A stretch of DNA of 61,203 nucleotides, counting the filler, from a candidate division TA06 bacterium SM23_40 (GTDB taxonomy: Bacteria > LJUI01 > SM1-40): assembly GCA_001303705.1 (NCBI GenBank). It is 6 parts of 6 records of this genome, joined end to end, with 100 filler letters (N's around TTAATTAATTAA, not from the genome) between each part and the next. Parts side by side here need not be neighbours in the genome. Positions count along the whole stretch, not along the records: positions 7,945 to 31,207 come from LJUI01000024.1; 5 more parts are not named here. One strand, given 5' to 3'. The translations under genes were made by a program, and so were the position numbers. How positions within the stretch are numbered: the stretch's first letter is position 1; each line of letters opens with the position of its first letter. The notes under the pieces were generated by a model that was not told the DNA's origin, searched no databases, and worked only from the letters and a program-made list of their open reading frames with translations. Below are positions 9,007 through 19,516 of the stretch, in pieces.

Positions 9007-10227
9007 CTATCGCTCTGCTGTGACGCGAAAGTTGAATCCATCCACATCGATGACGTTATCGGGCGGCGTGCCGACATAGGCCCGATACTCATAGCTGCCG
9101 ACAGGCGCGGCGGCCGGGATCTTGTGCCCGAGATCAGCGTCGATCACCTCTCCTGAGCCGAGGGTGATCCTGGTCGGGCCGATCAGCCAATCAGTGAGCG
9201 TGCCGCCAGGAATGGCCGCTTTTGTGCCTACATAGAACGTCTGGCTCGTCCCGGTGTGGTTCAACAGGCTGACCCGAAACTTGAGGGAATCACCGGGCGC
9301 GAGGTGGACGCCCGCGATCGGGTTCACACTCACCGTGATATCTGTCAGACCGTCGCACTCATACCAATTCGATTCATTCACCGAATAGGCATACCCGTCC
9401 GTCTCGATGACCACCGTCCCCACCTCTCCCGTGATATAGACATCGCTCAGCGAATCCAACCTCGCCACAACTTCGGGATCGGGATCGTCCCCTGAGATGA
9501 CCGACACTTCCGGAACGATCCGGTGGAGGAAGTACGAACTCGACGCGTTCCCATACCCGTGATGGTCTGCCTGGTACACCTCGACGTCGCCTACGTCATT
9601 TGCGATGATGTCTTCGATATACCACAAGAGATCGCCAGCTACGTACAGATCGAACTCTCGGTAGGAGAGGACATTAATGATAGAGAGCGCATTTTCATCG
9701 TGAGGTGGATCAGTGAACGGAGGCGAAAGGTACCCTGCCCCGTTCAGCGAGACACAGAGCGAGACGACCCCTCCGCCGAGATCGATCACGTCCCCCTCTT
9801 CAATCGTCGTACGCCTGTTCCCGACTGCAACGACATAATTGGAATAGGTCAGCGTACTGTATGACCATCCCCTGTCGTATGCAGCCTCATCGATCTCTAC
9901 TCCCATGTCGACGAGCTCCACGATCCCGCCGATGTGATCGGCGTGGTAGTGAGTTGCGATGTGGTAGTCGAGATCGTCCACACCCTGAGAGAGGAGATAG
10001 GACCGGACCACGGGAGCGGTATCGCCCCACCCGCTGTCGATCAGCATCGGAGTCCCCGCGGACGAGATCACAAGAGTACAATCACCATTTCCCACATCGA
10101 GACAATGGATCTCCATCTCTCCCGCGTCCGCCACCGCGCGAGGAAGACACAACAACGCGGCCACCGCCAGCAGACGTGCCGCGGCCGGGCACTGGCCTCC
10201 CGACCATCTGCTTCCCTCTCTTCTCAT
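9007..10227 (-). CDS. Secreted ComEC/Rec2-type metallo-beta-lactamase-fold hydrolase with shared C-terminal domain
   Basis: Signal peptide, LDVGNGD, THYHADHIGG, AGD and DHHG motifs. C-terminal HKIPAAAPVGSYEY...DVDGFNFRV domain. Confidence 0.88.
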   Translation of the reverse strand: MRREGSRWSGGQCPAAARLLAVAALLCLPRAVADAGEMEIHCLDVGNGDCTLVISSAGTPMLIDSGWGDTAPVVRSYLLSQGVDDLDYHIATHYHADHIGGIVELVDMGVEIDEAAYDRGWSYSTLTYSNYVVAVGNRRTTIEEGDVIDLGGGVVSLCVSLNGAGYLSPPFTDPPHDENALSIINVLSYREFDLYVAGDLLWYIEDIIANDVGDVEVYQADHHGYGNASSSYFLHRIVPEVSVISGDDPDPEVVARLDSLSDVYITGEVGTVVIETDGYAYSVNESNWYECDGLTDITVSVNPIAGVHLAPGDSLKFRVSLLNHTGTSQTFYVGTKAAIPGGTLTDWLIGPTRITLGSGEVIDADLGHKIPAAAPVGSYEYRAYVGTPPDNVIDVDGFNFRVTAER

Positions 10228-10444
10228 TGCTCACCCTGGAGAGGTACGCTCAATCTCGATCGCCGGGCCGACCACGGACCCGAGGCGATCCCGTAAGCGC
10301 CCTCTGTGCAGCTGTACCGTCGTGCTTTGCCGCTCGTTTGTCGCTCCCGGCGACGGTTTCCCGGAAGCCGCACCTAAGTGAGAATAGCACAGCTTCGTCC
10401 GCGCTGGCAAGGACTTTCATCTCCGGCCTCACCAGAATTTTCCC

Positions 10445-10474
10445 TTGACATCCATGACGGCCCTCAGATACTAT
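10445..10474 (+). promoter_or_regulatory. Sigma70-type promoter
   Basis: TTGACA-18 nt-TACTAT. Confidence 0.55.
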
Positions 10475-10578
10475 CGCCCGCGATAGCTGGCTCTCTCGAA
10501 ACGGATGCATCGGGAAGCGGACAGTGCGCGGCATCCTGAGCAGTCCCGCAGCGTCAACCACCACAAAGGAGGACAACA

Positions 10579-10974
10579 GTGGGATTCTTCGGTGCGATGT
10601 TCGGTGCGATAGTCGGCATCTTCATTGTGGCAACGATCATTGCCGCGTTCTTCATGTGGCTTGGAGCGAAGCTGGCTCGTGTCGAGAATGCCACGTTCGT
10701 GAAGTCGATTCTCGCCGCACTGGCCGCAGCCGCCATCACCTGGATCGTATCGCTCATTTTTTCACTCGTCCCGGTCGCAGGCACCATCGTCGGGTTCGTT
10801 ATCGGTTTGATCCTCACGATCTTCGCAATCAAGGCCATCTACGCTACCACGTTCGGCAAGGCGGTCCTGGTCTGGGTCTTCCACATCATCGCCGAAATCA
10901 TCGCCGTTATCATCGGCATCCTGACATTTGCAGGTGCCCTCTTCGCTGTCGGCGGAGGGATAGAGGGTATGTAG
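10579..10974 (+). CDS. Small integral membrane protein (about four TM helices)
   Basis: RBS AAGGAGG, GTG start, four hydrophobic segments. Confidence 0.85.
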   Translation: MGFFGAMFGAIVGIFIVATIIAAFFMWLGAKLARVENATFVKSILAALAAAAITWIVSLIFSLVPVAGTIVGFVIGLILTIFAIKAIYATTFGKAVLVWVFHIIAEIIAVIIGILTFAGALFAVGGGIEGM

Positions 10975-10985
10975 CAGAACGAAAC

Positions 10986-11016
10986 GCCGGGCTGTCCCGC
11001 CACGGGACAGCCCGGC
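10986..11016. terminator. Hairpin between convergent genes
   Basis: 14-bp stem GCCGGGCTGTCCCG-CCA-CGGGACAGCCCGGC. Confidence 0.7.
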
Positions 11017-11041
11017 CCACACTGTCTGTGCCTTCCGTCTC

Positions 11042-12235
11042 CTACTGGTAGCTCTTCCATTTCGCCTCGAGCTTCTTGTCCTGAAGCGTTTCCATGATGT
11101 AGTCGGCGAGCTCCTGGCCGGTCGCCCCGTCGGACCGACCGGTGATGGCGAGCTTCCGCTCATGCTGGCCGCAGATGTCGAGCGCCATCTCGAGCATCTT
11201 CGCTCTGTCAGGGAAGCCGATGTGCGAGAGGAGCATGGCCGCAGCCCTGATCATGCTGCTCGGATCGGCATACTGCGCCCTGTTTTCGCGTACCATTCTC
11301 GGCGCCGAACCGTGGATCGCCTCGAACATGGCGTAGCGCTTTCCGATATTTGCGCTCCCCGCGGTGCCGACCCCACCCTGAAACTCCGCTGCCTCATCGG
11401 TCAGAATATCCCCGTATAGGTTCGGAAGAGCCATCACCTTGAACTGCGTGCGACGCTTCTGATCCACGAGCTTAGCAGTCATGATATCGATATACCAATC
11501 ATCGACCTCGATCTCGGGGTACTCCCTGGCGATCTCCTGACCGATCTTGAGAAATTTCCCGTCGGTCGTCTTGACGACGTTCGCCTTCGTCACGAGCGTG
11601 ACTTTATTGACCCCGTTCTTCTTTGCGTACTCGAACGCCGCCCTGATGATACGGTCAGAGCCCTGCGTCGTCGTAACCGTGAAATCGACCGCCAGGTCCT
11701 CTGTAACGTCGACGCCGTTACTCCCCAGGGCGTACGCTCCCTCGGTATTCTCCCGGAAGAACATCCAGTCGATGCCCTCCTTGGGGACTTTGACAGGACG
11801 CACGTTGGCAAACAGGTCCAGTTCCTTCCGCATCGCGACGTTCGCACTCTCCACATTGGGCCAGGGATCGCCTCTCCTCGGCGTCGTTGTCGGGCCCTTG
11901 AGGAGCACGTGGCACTTCTTGATCTCTGCGAGGACGTCGCCAGGTATCGGCTTGTTGTGCTTGGCCCGATTCTCTATCGTCAGTCCCTCGATGACCCGGA
12001 ATTCGACCTTGCCCGATTTCTGCTCATCCTCAAGCATGAACTCGAGAACACGCTGAGCCTGGGCGGCGATATACGGACCGATGCCATCGCCCCCGATGAT
12101 ACCGATGATGATCGGCCTCAATGCCTCGAAGTCGAGCCAGTCCTCAGCCGCCTTCATTCGATCGACACGCGCTAACTGCTGCTCCAACACAGCGCCGAAG
12201 TGTTCCTTCGCCTTCTCCACAGCTTCACTGCTCAT
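11042..12235 (-). CDS. Isocitrate/isopropylmalate dehydrogenase family protein
   Basis: GDGIGP, LKGPTTTP, SANVAMRKELDLFANVRP, RENTEG, NLYGDILTD, FEAIHGSAP. Confidence 0.93.
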   Translation of the reverse strand: MSSEAVEKAKEHFGAVLEQQLARVDRMKAAEDWLDFEALRPIIIGIIGGDGIGPYIAAQAQRVLEFMLEDEQKSGKVEFRVIEGLTIENRAKHNKPIPGDVLAEIKKCHVLLKGPTTTPRRGDPWPNVESANVAMRKELDLFANVRPVKVPKEGIDWMFFRENTEGAYALGSNGVDVTEDLAVDFTVTTTQGSDRIIRAAFEYAKKNGVNKVTLVTKANVVKTTDGKFLKIGQEIAREYPEIEVDDWYIDIMTAKLVDQKRRTQFKVMALPNLYGDILTDEAAEFQGGVGTAGSANIGKRYAMFEAIHGSAPRMVRENRAQYADPSSMIRAAAMLLSHIGFPDRAKMLEMALDICGQHERKLAITGRSDGATGQELADYIMETLQDKKLEAKWKSYQ

Positions 12236-12319
12236 GTGTCTCCTCCGTCTCCGCGACAGATGAGCCCGACGCCTGCCGTGACTCTCATCGGGCTCGAGTT
12301 GACTCCTCCTGCCGGCTCT

Positions 12320-12835
12320 TCAAACCTCCCCCTCTTCTCGTTCACGCGTGGCTTCGTCGAGCCACCCGGCGATTCGGTCCGGCGAGGGTACGCTGCCGAC
12401 AGACTTCACTACTCCGTCTATGATCAACGCCGGTGTACTGACTACCCCGTAGTCCGCTATTGCCGCAATGTCGGTGACGTGCCGGATATCGGCCCGTATG
12501 CCGAGCTCGCTCAGCACCGCCATCGTCCTCTGCATCAGCATATCACACGGGGGACAGCCGGGGCCCAGGACGCGGATCTCCAGCGCCGTGCTCTCCCTCC
12601 CTTCGTCGGCCACCGGCTCTCCGATAAACCGCTTGAACTCACGCAGGAGAGCGGCGGCATAGCGTTCGCGGGATGCAAGAGGGACGTAGTTACGCGCCGC
12701 GACCAAAGCGATGAGCCTCTCGGCTCTTCGAGCGTCATCCTCTCCGCCTTCGTCCCTGACTGCCCGGAACGCCGCATCGAGGCCCACCAGGCCGACCGAC
12801 ATCCCATCCACCATGATCTCTCTGACCTCGTCCAT
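12320..12835 (-). CDS. Thioredoxin-family (MTH895-type) redox protein with N-terminal extension
   Basis: IRVLGPGCPPC and YGVVSTPALIIDG motifs. Start taken at MDEVREI. Confidence 0.85.
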   Translation of the reverse strand: MDEVREIMVDGMSVGLVGLDAAFRAVRDEGGEDDARRAERLIALVAARNYVPLASRERYAAALLREFKRFIGEPVADEGRESTALEIRVLGPGCPPCDMLMQRTMAVLSELGIRADIRHVTDIAAIADYGVVSTPALIIDGVVKSVGSVPSPDRIAGWLDEATREREEGEV

Positions 12836-12870
12836 GATCTCCGCCGACCTCCGCGCGAGGGGCGCGACGG

Positions 12871-14820
12871 CTAACGCTGCCTCCACCCTCGCGGCCGCGG
12901 CAGCCGCGCTTTCGATTCCCCCGGCCGCGCGGCCTCTGCCGCCTTCTCCTCGGGTCCCCCGGCTTGCTCCTCTGTGCCCGAGGAGCTCGCCGATTCAGCC
13001 GGGGGGGACTCGCTGCCTACGGCGGCCGGCGCGGCGCTCGCCGACTCGTCAGATGCTCCTTCTTCTGCGCGGGCGAACGCGACCCGTGCGCGCAGCCGCC
13101 GCGCAGCCGCCAACGATCGCTCGGCTGCTGCAACGATCTCGGGCTTCAGGCCCTCCTCAGCGATCTCCTCCGTGAACTTGCGTCGCCCATCGAAGATATC
13201 CCTGATGTAATCGTCGATCTCTTCCTGAGAGTAGAAGTTCGACGGGTCGTACTCACTCAGGCTGTGCCCTTCGACATAGACGATCTCGTCCCGACCGAGG
13301 CGGCCGCGTTGGTACTGGTTTGTTCCACGCAGATCCCCACGCTGGATTGCCGCCATGAGGTTGATTGGCACTCTAACGGGCTTCCTGATCTGTCTCTTCT
13401 TCTTGATCTCCCCTACGGTGACCGTTTCGAGTATCTCACCCACGCCGCCCGTGTTGTACTGGTAGAACCTGACCTTGCCCGGGTACTTATCGATGAGCTT
13501 CATCACGATGTCATAGAACCTGTTCGTCTTCCTCGCTCGCGATCCGATGATGAACGGGTCGGTGCCGACGATCCTGACCGACTCACCCGCACGGTGTGGC
13601 TGCGAGGCATAGCTGTGGGTCGACTCGCCCCACAGGTACGCGAGGATCGCCTGTTCCGGGGTCAGCTCGATCGCAAACGGCATGACCGTGTTCCGCCTCG
13701 TGATGAACGCAAGGATGATTCCATCCAGATCGTCGAGCGAGGATAGGTCGATGCTCCTGGAGCTGATGCCAACGAGTCGCCGCCCCCTCCTGATGCGGAG
13801 TTTCTCGCGCTGTATCACAGCCCGCCCGTTTGCAGTCAGGCTCTCATCGAGGAAATCGACGTTCCCGTCCGAATCGATCATCACATTCTCATACAGCGCC
13901 GTACTATCGATCAGCGCGTGATACATCGCCTCCTGCAGTTTCTCGTCGACATCAGTCTTGACGAAGAACCCCACCTCCGTCCCCAATGCGGTCCCATCCT
14001 GCCTGAGGAAGACGATATCGTCTTGCGCGACTTCAGTCCTCTCTCCGTCCTCATATCGCAGACCCAGCTGGTGGCACGCCCAGGTCGACTTGCCGGTAGC
14101 CGTCAGGCCGAACATGAAGACACCGTAGGTCTTCAGCTTCCCTTCTTTGGCATCGCGCACGGTCACGAGCTTGGTGCCGGCGTGGAGCCCCAGCATTCCG
14201 TGTTCGTCAGCGTACCACATCGCCTGGCGGAGGAATCCTTTCTTGTCCTCTCCCATGTAGTCTGTGCCGAGAGCAATGTTGAGATTGTACTCGGGAAGCA
14301 CGAGCACCTGCTGGCGCAGCTGGTGCTCCTCCGGAATATGGATCATGGTGAACTCCGGGCCGGGGCGCCGCCGCGACGGCTTGGCCACGGTATTGCCCCA
14401 CATATACGCGATGCGGTAGTTCTTCTGGTCGGCGCCAGAGACGTACAGATTGCAGATCGGGTTATAGACGTCGTTCTGGCCCATCTGGCGACTGATGCAG
14501 ACGAACGGCAGTGTGCGCATCAGGTGGAGCACCCTATGGAGCTCTTCCGGAGCATTCTCAATGAGGTCTCGCTGCAGATCGGTCGGGCGCGGCAGACGCA
14601 CCGACTCGCTCCCGAGATAGACAGTCCGCGGCGCAACCCGGCTCGAGACCGACGACCGCCACCCATAGGACCCGAACTTCGTCCTCGTCGCCGTCTGCAG
14701 GGCCAGCGGCCTGAGAGTATCGAGCTTCATGTGCCGGATATTCGGACCCTTCAGCACAGGAACGAGGTTCTCATAGAACCGCCTGTACACTTCGTTGTCG
14801 TAGATGTCGCTGCTCCCCAT
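12871..14820 (-). CDS. pckA: Phosphoenolpyruvate carboxykinase (ATP)-family protein
   Basis: GTDYMGEDKKG, LHAG, FGLTATGKST (kinase-1a), QDD (kinase-2), ENV..NGR, NTG. Low-complexity C-terminal tail. Confidence 0.85.
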   Translation of the reverse strand: MGSSDIYDNEVYRRFYENLVPVLKGPNIRHMKLDTLRPLALQTATRTKFGSYGWRSSVSSRVAPRTVYLGSESVRLPRPTDLQRDLIENAPEELHRVLHLMRTLPFVCISRQMGQNDVYNPICNLYVSGADQKNYRIAYMWGNTVAKPSRRRPGPEFTMIHIPEEHQLRQQVLVLPEYNLNIALGTDYMGEDKKGFLRQAMWYADEHGMLGLHAGTKLVTVRDAKEGKLKTYGVFMFGLTATGKSTWACHQLGLRYEDGERTEVAQDDIVFLRQDGTALGTEVGFFVKTDVDEKLQEAMYHALIDSTALYENVMIDSDGNVDFLDESLTANGRAVIQREKLRIRRGRRLVGISSRSIDLSSLDDLDGIILAFITRRNTVMPFAIELTPEQAILAYLWGESTHSYASQPHRAGESVRIVGTDPFIIGSRARKTNRFYDIVMKLIDKYPGKVRFYQYNTGGVGEILETVTVGEIKKKRQIRKPVRVPINLMAAIQRGDLRGTNQYQRGRLGRDEIVYVEGHSLSEYDPSNFYSQEEIDDYIRDIFDGRRKFTEEIAEEGLKPEIVAAAERSLAAARRLRARVAFARAEEGASDESASAAPAAVGSESPPAESASSSGTEEQAGGPEEKAAEAARPGESKARLPRPRGWRQR

Positions 14821-15406
14821 TCTTGCATCTGCTCCTGATCAGTCTCGGAATTCACTGTCTCTTCCGCGCACCCATTTCCACATCCTTGCGATCCCGGCGA
14901 CCCGCCACATCTCTGATGCCGGTCTCAGATCGCCAGGCAACGAGGACTCCCCCCACGGGGTCGCAATTCTACCACAGCAGGAAATCCGATACAACCCCTT
15001 TCCTTCATTCCCTCTCCGAGAGCTATCCCCTGTCCGGGACCCGTATCTTCCCTCCCTTCCGGCGCTTCGGATACTATCGCGATCCGACAATGAAAACGTC
15101 GAATTTGGTTGCACTCAGCAACCCGTCTGGATATAATGGGGCACCAGAGATCGGAACCTCTCACGAGGGCCGTGGGCGCCGGGAGCCTGCGTGCTCGTGG
15201 GAAGACCTATTCCGCCAGTTCCGGCCCCCCCCGATCTTGCCACCTGAGAGAGTAGGGGCGATGCCGAGTCTGCGGGACGCGAAGCTAACCATCGGCCGGT
15301 GGCACATCGTGGGCCACGCCGCACCGGCATAGCGAATCACGGCCGTCCTCGCGAGGCCCTGACGGCAGATGAAGCTCGGGAACCATACATACAAGGGAGG
15401 AGGACG

Positions 15407-16900
15407 ATGACACTCGTCGGTTGGCTCATTCTGGCTGGCGCAATAGTAGTCGCGCTTGGATTACTTGTCCTGGCCATGTGGAAGCAGTATCGCAAGGTGG
15501 GGCCGAACCAGGTCCTCATCATCTCCGGAGGCAGGCGGCGAACGGTCATCGACCGCGATGGCACGAAACGGAAGATCGGGTACCGCACGCACATCGGCGG
15601 CGGCACCTTCGTCCTCCCGTTTCTCGAAAGCGCCCAGGTCCTCTCGCTCGAGGTGTTCACGCTGGGTATCGAAACCCCAGAGGTCCTCACACAGGAGGGA
15701 GTCCCGATTCTCGCGCAGGGCCTTGCCCAGGTGAAGGTACGGGGCGATGAACACTCGATCCGTCTCGCAGCGGAGCAGTTTCTCGGGAAGGGACCAGAGG
15801 GAATCAGGGAGATTGCCAACCAGATCCTTGAAGGGCATATGCGGAATGTCATCGGCACGATGACGGTGCAGCAGATCTATCAGAATCGTGAGGACTTCGC
15901 ACGTAAGGTCGTGGAGGCTGGTTCGCAGGACTACACTGCGATGGGTCTTCAGATCCTCTCATTCGCCCTCAAGGACATTGCAGACACGCAAGGATATATC
16001 GAGGCACTCGGAAAGCCGCAGGTGGCGGCAGTGAAGCGAGATGCCGCGATCGCCGAGGCGGAGACGGAACGGGACGCCACGATCAAGTCCGCCCTCGCAC
16101 GCAAAGAGGGAGACGTCGTCAAGTTCCAGGCCGAGACCGAGGTTTCCGAAGCCAGCCGGGACTATGAGGCGAAGCGCGCCGAGTTCCAGGCCCTCATCAA
16201 CAAGAAGCGGGCTGCAGCCGATCTTGCCTATGATCTGGAGCGCCATCGGGTCGGCCAGGAGCTGAAGCTGGAAGAATACAAAGTCAAGATCGTCGAGAAG
16301 GAACAGGCAGCCATCGTCGAAGAGAAGGAGATCGAGCGCCGCGAGAAGGAACTCGAGGCGACCGTCAAGAAGCAGGCTGATGCGGAGAGGTATCGTGTGC
16401 AGGCGTTGGCCGATGCCGAGAGCTATCGGCTCGAGAGCGAGGCGAAGGGACGCACGGAGGCGAAGAAGCTCGAAGGAGCCGCCGCAGCCGAAGGGATTCG
16501 CGCGCACGGGTGGGCCGAGGCCGACGCGATGAGAAAGAAAGCCGAGGCCTGGCGGGAGTACAACGAGGCAGCAGTCTATCAGATGTTCGTCGAGATGCTC
16601 CCGCAGCTGGCTCGAGCCGTGGCCGAGCCGCTCTCGAAGGTCGAAAAGATCGTCCTTGTGGGGAGCGGAGATGGTCCGGGCGCATCGCAGATAACTGGCC
16701 AGGTGGCGAAGGTCCTGGCGCAGCTCCCGGTCGTGATCGAATCTCTCACCGGCATAGACATAAAGGCGATGCTTGAGAAGCGCACAGGCCAGCCGGGCGA
16801 CCAAGCAGCTGGGATAGTGCCGTCAGACAGCGCCGCGACCGGCAAAGAGCCCGAAGAGGAGGGACCCCACCCCAGGACCGGGCGGCGGAAGGGCAACTGA
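15407..16900 (+). CDS. Flotillin/SPFH-family membrane protein
   Basis: N-terminal TM helix, YRKVGPNQVLIISG, SPFH domain, AEA coiled-coil repeats, PLSKVEKIV. Confidence 0.92.
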   Translation: MTLVGWLILAGAIVVALGLLVLAMWKQYRKVGPNQVLIISGGRRRTVIDRDGTKRKIGYRTHIGGGTFVLPFLESAQVLSLEVFTLGIETPEVLTQEGVPILAQGLAQVKVRGDEHSIRLAAEQFLGKGPEGIREIANQILEGHMRNVIGTMTVQQIYQNREDFARKVVEAGSQDYTAMGLQILSFALKDIADTQGYIEALGKPQVAAVKRDAAIAEAETERDATIKSALARKEGDVVKFQAETEVSEASRDYEAKRAEFQALINKKRAAADLAYDLERHRVGQELKLEEYKVKIVEKEQAAIVEEKEIERREKELEATVKKQADAERYRVQALADAESYRLESEAKGRTEAKKLEGAAAAEGIRAHGWAEADAMRKKAEAWREYNEAAVYQMFVEMLPQLARAVAEPLSKVEKIVLVGSGDGPGASQITGQVAKVLAQLPVVIESLTGIDIKAMLEKRTGQPGDQAAGIVPSDSAATGKEPEEEGPHPRTGRRKGN

Positions 16901-16971
16901 TCGAGTGACCAGTAGACGCGGCACTCGCCGGTGCCACCACCCGACACGACGCGACGATGTGAGGAAGCCGT

Positions 16972-19401
16972 ATGATAGCTGAAAGGATCCAACGTATCGC
17001 ACTCTCCCCGACGCTCAGGATCAACGCTACTGCCCTTGCGATGAAAGCGGAGGGGATAGATGTCGTCGACTTGAGCGTGGGGGAGCCGGACTTCCCCACT
17101 CCTGAGAACATCAAGGAGGCGGCAAAGCGGGCGATCGATAAGAACATCACCAAGTACACTCCCAACGATGGCATTCCGGCGCTGAAGGAGGCGATCAGAA
17201 AGAAACTCCGCAACGAGAACGGTCTGGAGTATGGTCCGAAGGAAATCATCGTCTCGTGCGGCGCCAAGCAATGCCTGTACAATCTCTCGGTGGCTCTGTA
17301 CAACAAGGGAGAAGAGGCGATCATCCCTGCACCCTACTGGGTCTCGTATCCCCAGCAGGTGACTCTTGCCAAAGCGAACCCGGTGATCGTTCCAACCAAA
17401 GAGGAGAACGGATTCCGGATCACGCCTGAAGAGCTGAAGGCGGCGATCACTTTCAACACCAAGGCCCTCATCCTCAACAACCCCTGCAACCCCACCGGTA
17501 CCGCCTATACCCGGGAGGAGCTCGAGCCCCTGATCGACATCGCCGTGGACGAAGGCATCTACATCATCGCGGACGAGATCTACGAGAAACTGGTCTATGA
17601 CGACTTTCGCTTCACGAGCGCCGCCTCCCTCGGCCCGCAGATCAAGGAGCGCGCGATCGTCATCAACGGCGTTTCCAAGGCCTACTCCATGACCGGGTGG
17701 CGGATCGGGTACGCTGCCGGCCCCAAGGAGATCATCGCGGCGATGGACAAGGTCCAGAGTCACAACACTTCGAACGCGCCCTCCATCTCGCAGATGGCGA
17801 GTCTCGAGGCGTTGACCGGACCGCAGACCGACATCCCGAAGATGGTCGCCGAGTTCCAGCGGCGCCGCAATTATGTCCTCCATCGGCTCCAGTCGCTCAG
17901 AGATGTCTCGTGCATGGTGCCGCGCGGCGCGTTCTATGTCTTCCCCAATTTCAGCGCCTACTTCGACAAAGAATTCAAGGGGATGGAGATACGGAACTCC
18001 TATGGCCTTGCCTACTATCTGCTCAAGAACGCCTTGGTCGCCATCGTTCCCGGCGATGCCTTCGGTGCCGAGGGATTCATCCGCATCTCATACGCAACAT
18101 CGATGGAGAATCTCGAGAGGGGCATGGACCGCATCATCGAAGCCGTCTCGAAATTGGAGAAGACGAGGAGAGTGCGCAAGGTCGCTCTCTCCAACGTGAT
18201 GACGAAAGAACGCTCACTTGCGCCTACCGAGACTGACGTGAGTATGGAGATGCGCAATGCGCTCGTGGGCGAGGTGGAGGCTCACCTCCGATATGACAAC
18301 TACTACGAGTGGAATGCCAACATCGCCGGCGTCGTCACCCAGCTGAGGACGAACGACCACCATCTGTACGATTTCTGGATGGAGAACTGGTATCCTGCGC
18401 CGCTCGAGGCAGATCTCGAACCGCACGGCATCATCTATGCTGTCGACGGGATCCCCGGACGCGAGCCCCGCGCGTTCTACAACTCGGAGTCGAAGAGCGG
18501 AATCATCATCAACACCACCTACTATGCCCAACTCAGAGCGTGGGCGATCGGGATTGTCACCGACATCACAGAGCGCCTGTTCGATGTCCACTCAGTTCAC
18601 GGAGCCTGCCTCGATTTCGATGGCACCGGTCTCCTCATTATTTCCCCTCCGGGGACCGGACGCTCCACCCACCTGTACGGCCTGCTGAGCCGACCTCACG
18701 CTCGCCTCCTCTCTGATGATTGGGTCACCATCAGATATCGCGGCCAGGAGGCGATCGCCGACATCCCCGAGCGCAAGTTCTATGTCGAGACTGATATCGC
18801 CCGAAAGCACCGCGAGCTCATTGATCTATTCGATCGCAGTCGGTGCGAGAACGTGATCACTCGAAAGGACGACTGCACGGATGAAGCCTGCCTGCGCGAG
18901 GATGTCTGCCGACTCGACCGAGGTGATCCCCACTGCTACTGGGCTTCAGGCACCTCAAGGGCCATGCTCGATCCATACTGGATCGGCGGCCCGGAAAAGC
19001 ACGTCAAGCGGACGACCACCCGCTGGGTGCTGGTTCTGAAGAGGGACACCAGCTCGCCGCCGCTTGCCGAGCTATCTCCGGAAAACGCGGTCGAGGCTCT
19101 CGTCGAGGGCAAGTATCCAGTTGGCGCCAGGGTCTCTTCCACCCCCTCCTCGGGATTCGGGCCAGCGGGGCGGACTGCACTCGTGGGAGTGAGCGCCGGC
19201 GGAGGGGGAGGCCTGTGGAGCGCGACAAAGGAGCCGTTCTACAATCCCTACCTCCTAGTGCGGACCGACGAGCGGCTCGAACTCCAGAGACGGTTCTTCC
19301 AGCGGCTCGCCGCCGCGGCGTCATGGTACCATGTAAACACTGGCGTGGAGGCTCCGGAGGAGATCCAGAGGCGGATTATCGAGATGATCGGCAGCGAGTG
19401 A
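16972..19401 (+). CDS. Class I/II PLP aminotransferase (aspartate aminotransferase-like) fused to a C-terminal PEPCK/HPr kinase-like P-loop domain
   Basis: N-terminal ~395 aa has GEPDF, NPCNPTG, DEIY, SKAYSMTGWRIGY. C-terminal part has VHGAC, SPPGTGRST, SDDW. Confidence 0.9.
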   Translation: MIAERIQRIALSPTLRINATALAMKAEGIDVVDLSVGEPDFPTPENIKEAAKRAIDKNITKYTPNDGIPALKEAIRKKLRNENGLEYGPKEIIVSCGAKQCLYNLSVALYNKGEEAIIPAPYWVSYPQQVTLAKANPVIVPTKEENGFRITPEELKAAITFNTKALILNNPCNPTGTAYTREELEPLIDIAVDEGIYIIADEIYEKLVYDDFRFTSAASLGPQIKERAIVINGVSKAYSMTGWRIGYAAGPKEIIAAMDKVQSHNTSNAPSISQMASLEALTGPQTDIPKMVAEFQRRRNYVLHRLQSLRDVSCMVPRGAFYVFPNFSAYFDKEFKGMEIRNSYGLAYYLLKNALVAIVPGDAFGAEGFIRISYATSMENLERGMDRIIEAVSKLEKTRRVRKVALSNVMTKERSLAPTETDVSMEMRNALVGEVEAHLRYDNYYEWNANIAGVVTQLRTNDHHLYDFWMENWYPAPLEADLEPHGIIYAVDGIPGREPRAFYNSESKSGIIINTTYYAQLRAWAIGIVTDITERLFDVHSVHGACLDFDGTGLLIISPPGTGRSTHLYGLLSRPHARLLSDDWVTIRYRGQEAIADIPERKFYVETDIARKHRELIDLFDRSRCENVITRKDDCTDEACLREDVCRLDRGDPHCYWASGTSRAMLDPYWIGGPEKHVKRTTTRWVLVLKRDTSSPPLAELSPENAVEALVEGKYPVGARVSSTPSSGFGPAGRTALVGVSAGGGGGLWSATKEPFYNPYLLVRTDERLELQRRFFQRLAAAASWYHVNTGVEAPEEIQRRIIEMIGSE

Positions 19402-19516
19402 CCACCCCGGTGCTCGCGATCAGGCACTGTACAGATCGGCGCGGAACTGGTTACTATGACAGTTGGGGCACGGACCCTGAAGGTTTGTGCCCCCAGTTCT
19501 GTACTATGGCACCGGC

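Noticed and set aside
16579-17883. Long antisense or alternative-frame ORFs (also 151-1095, 29892-30929, 34866-35978, 42551-43762, 49888-51114, 55072-56193)
   Set aside because: These are shadows of well-supported genes in GC-rich DNA, with no motifs of their own.
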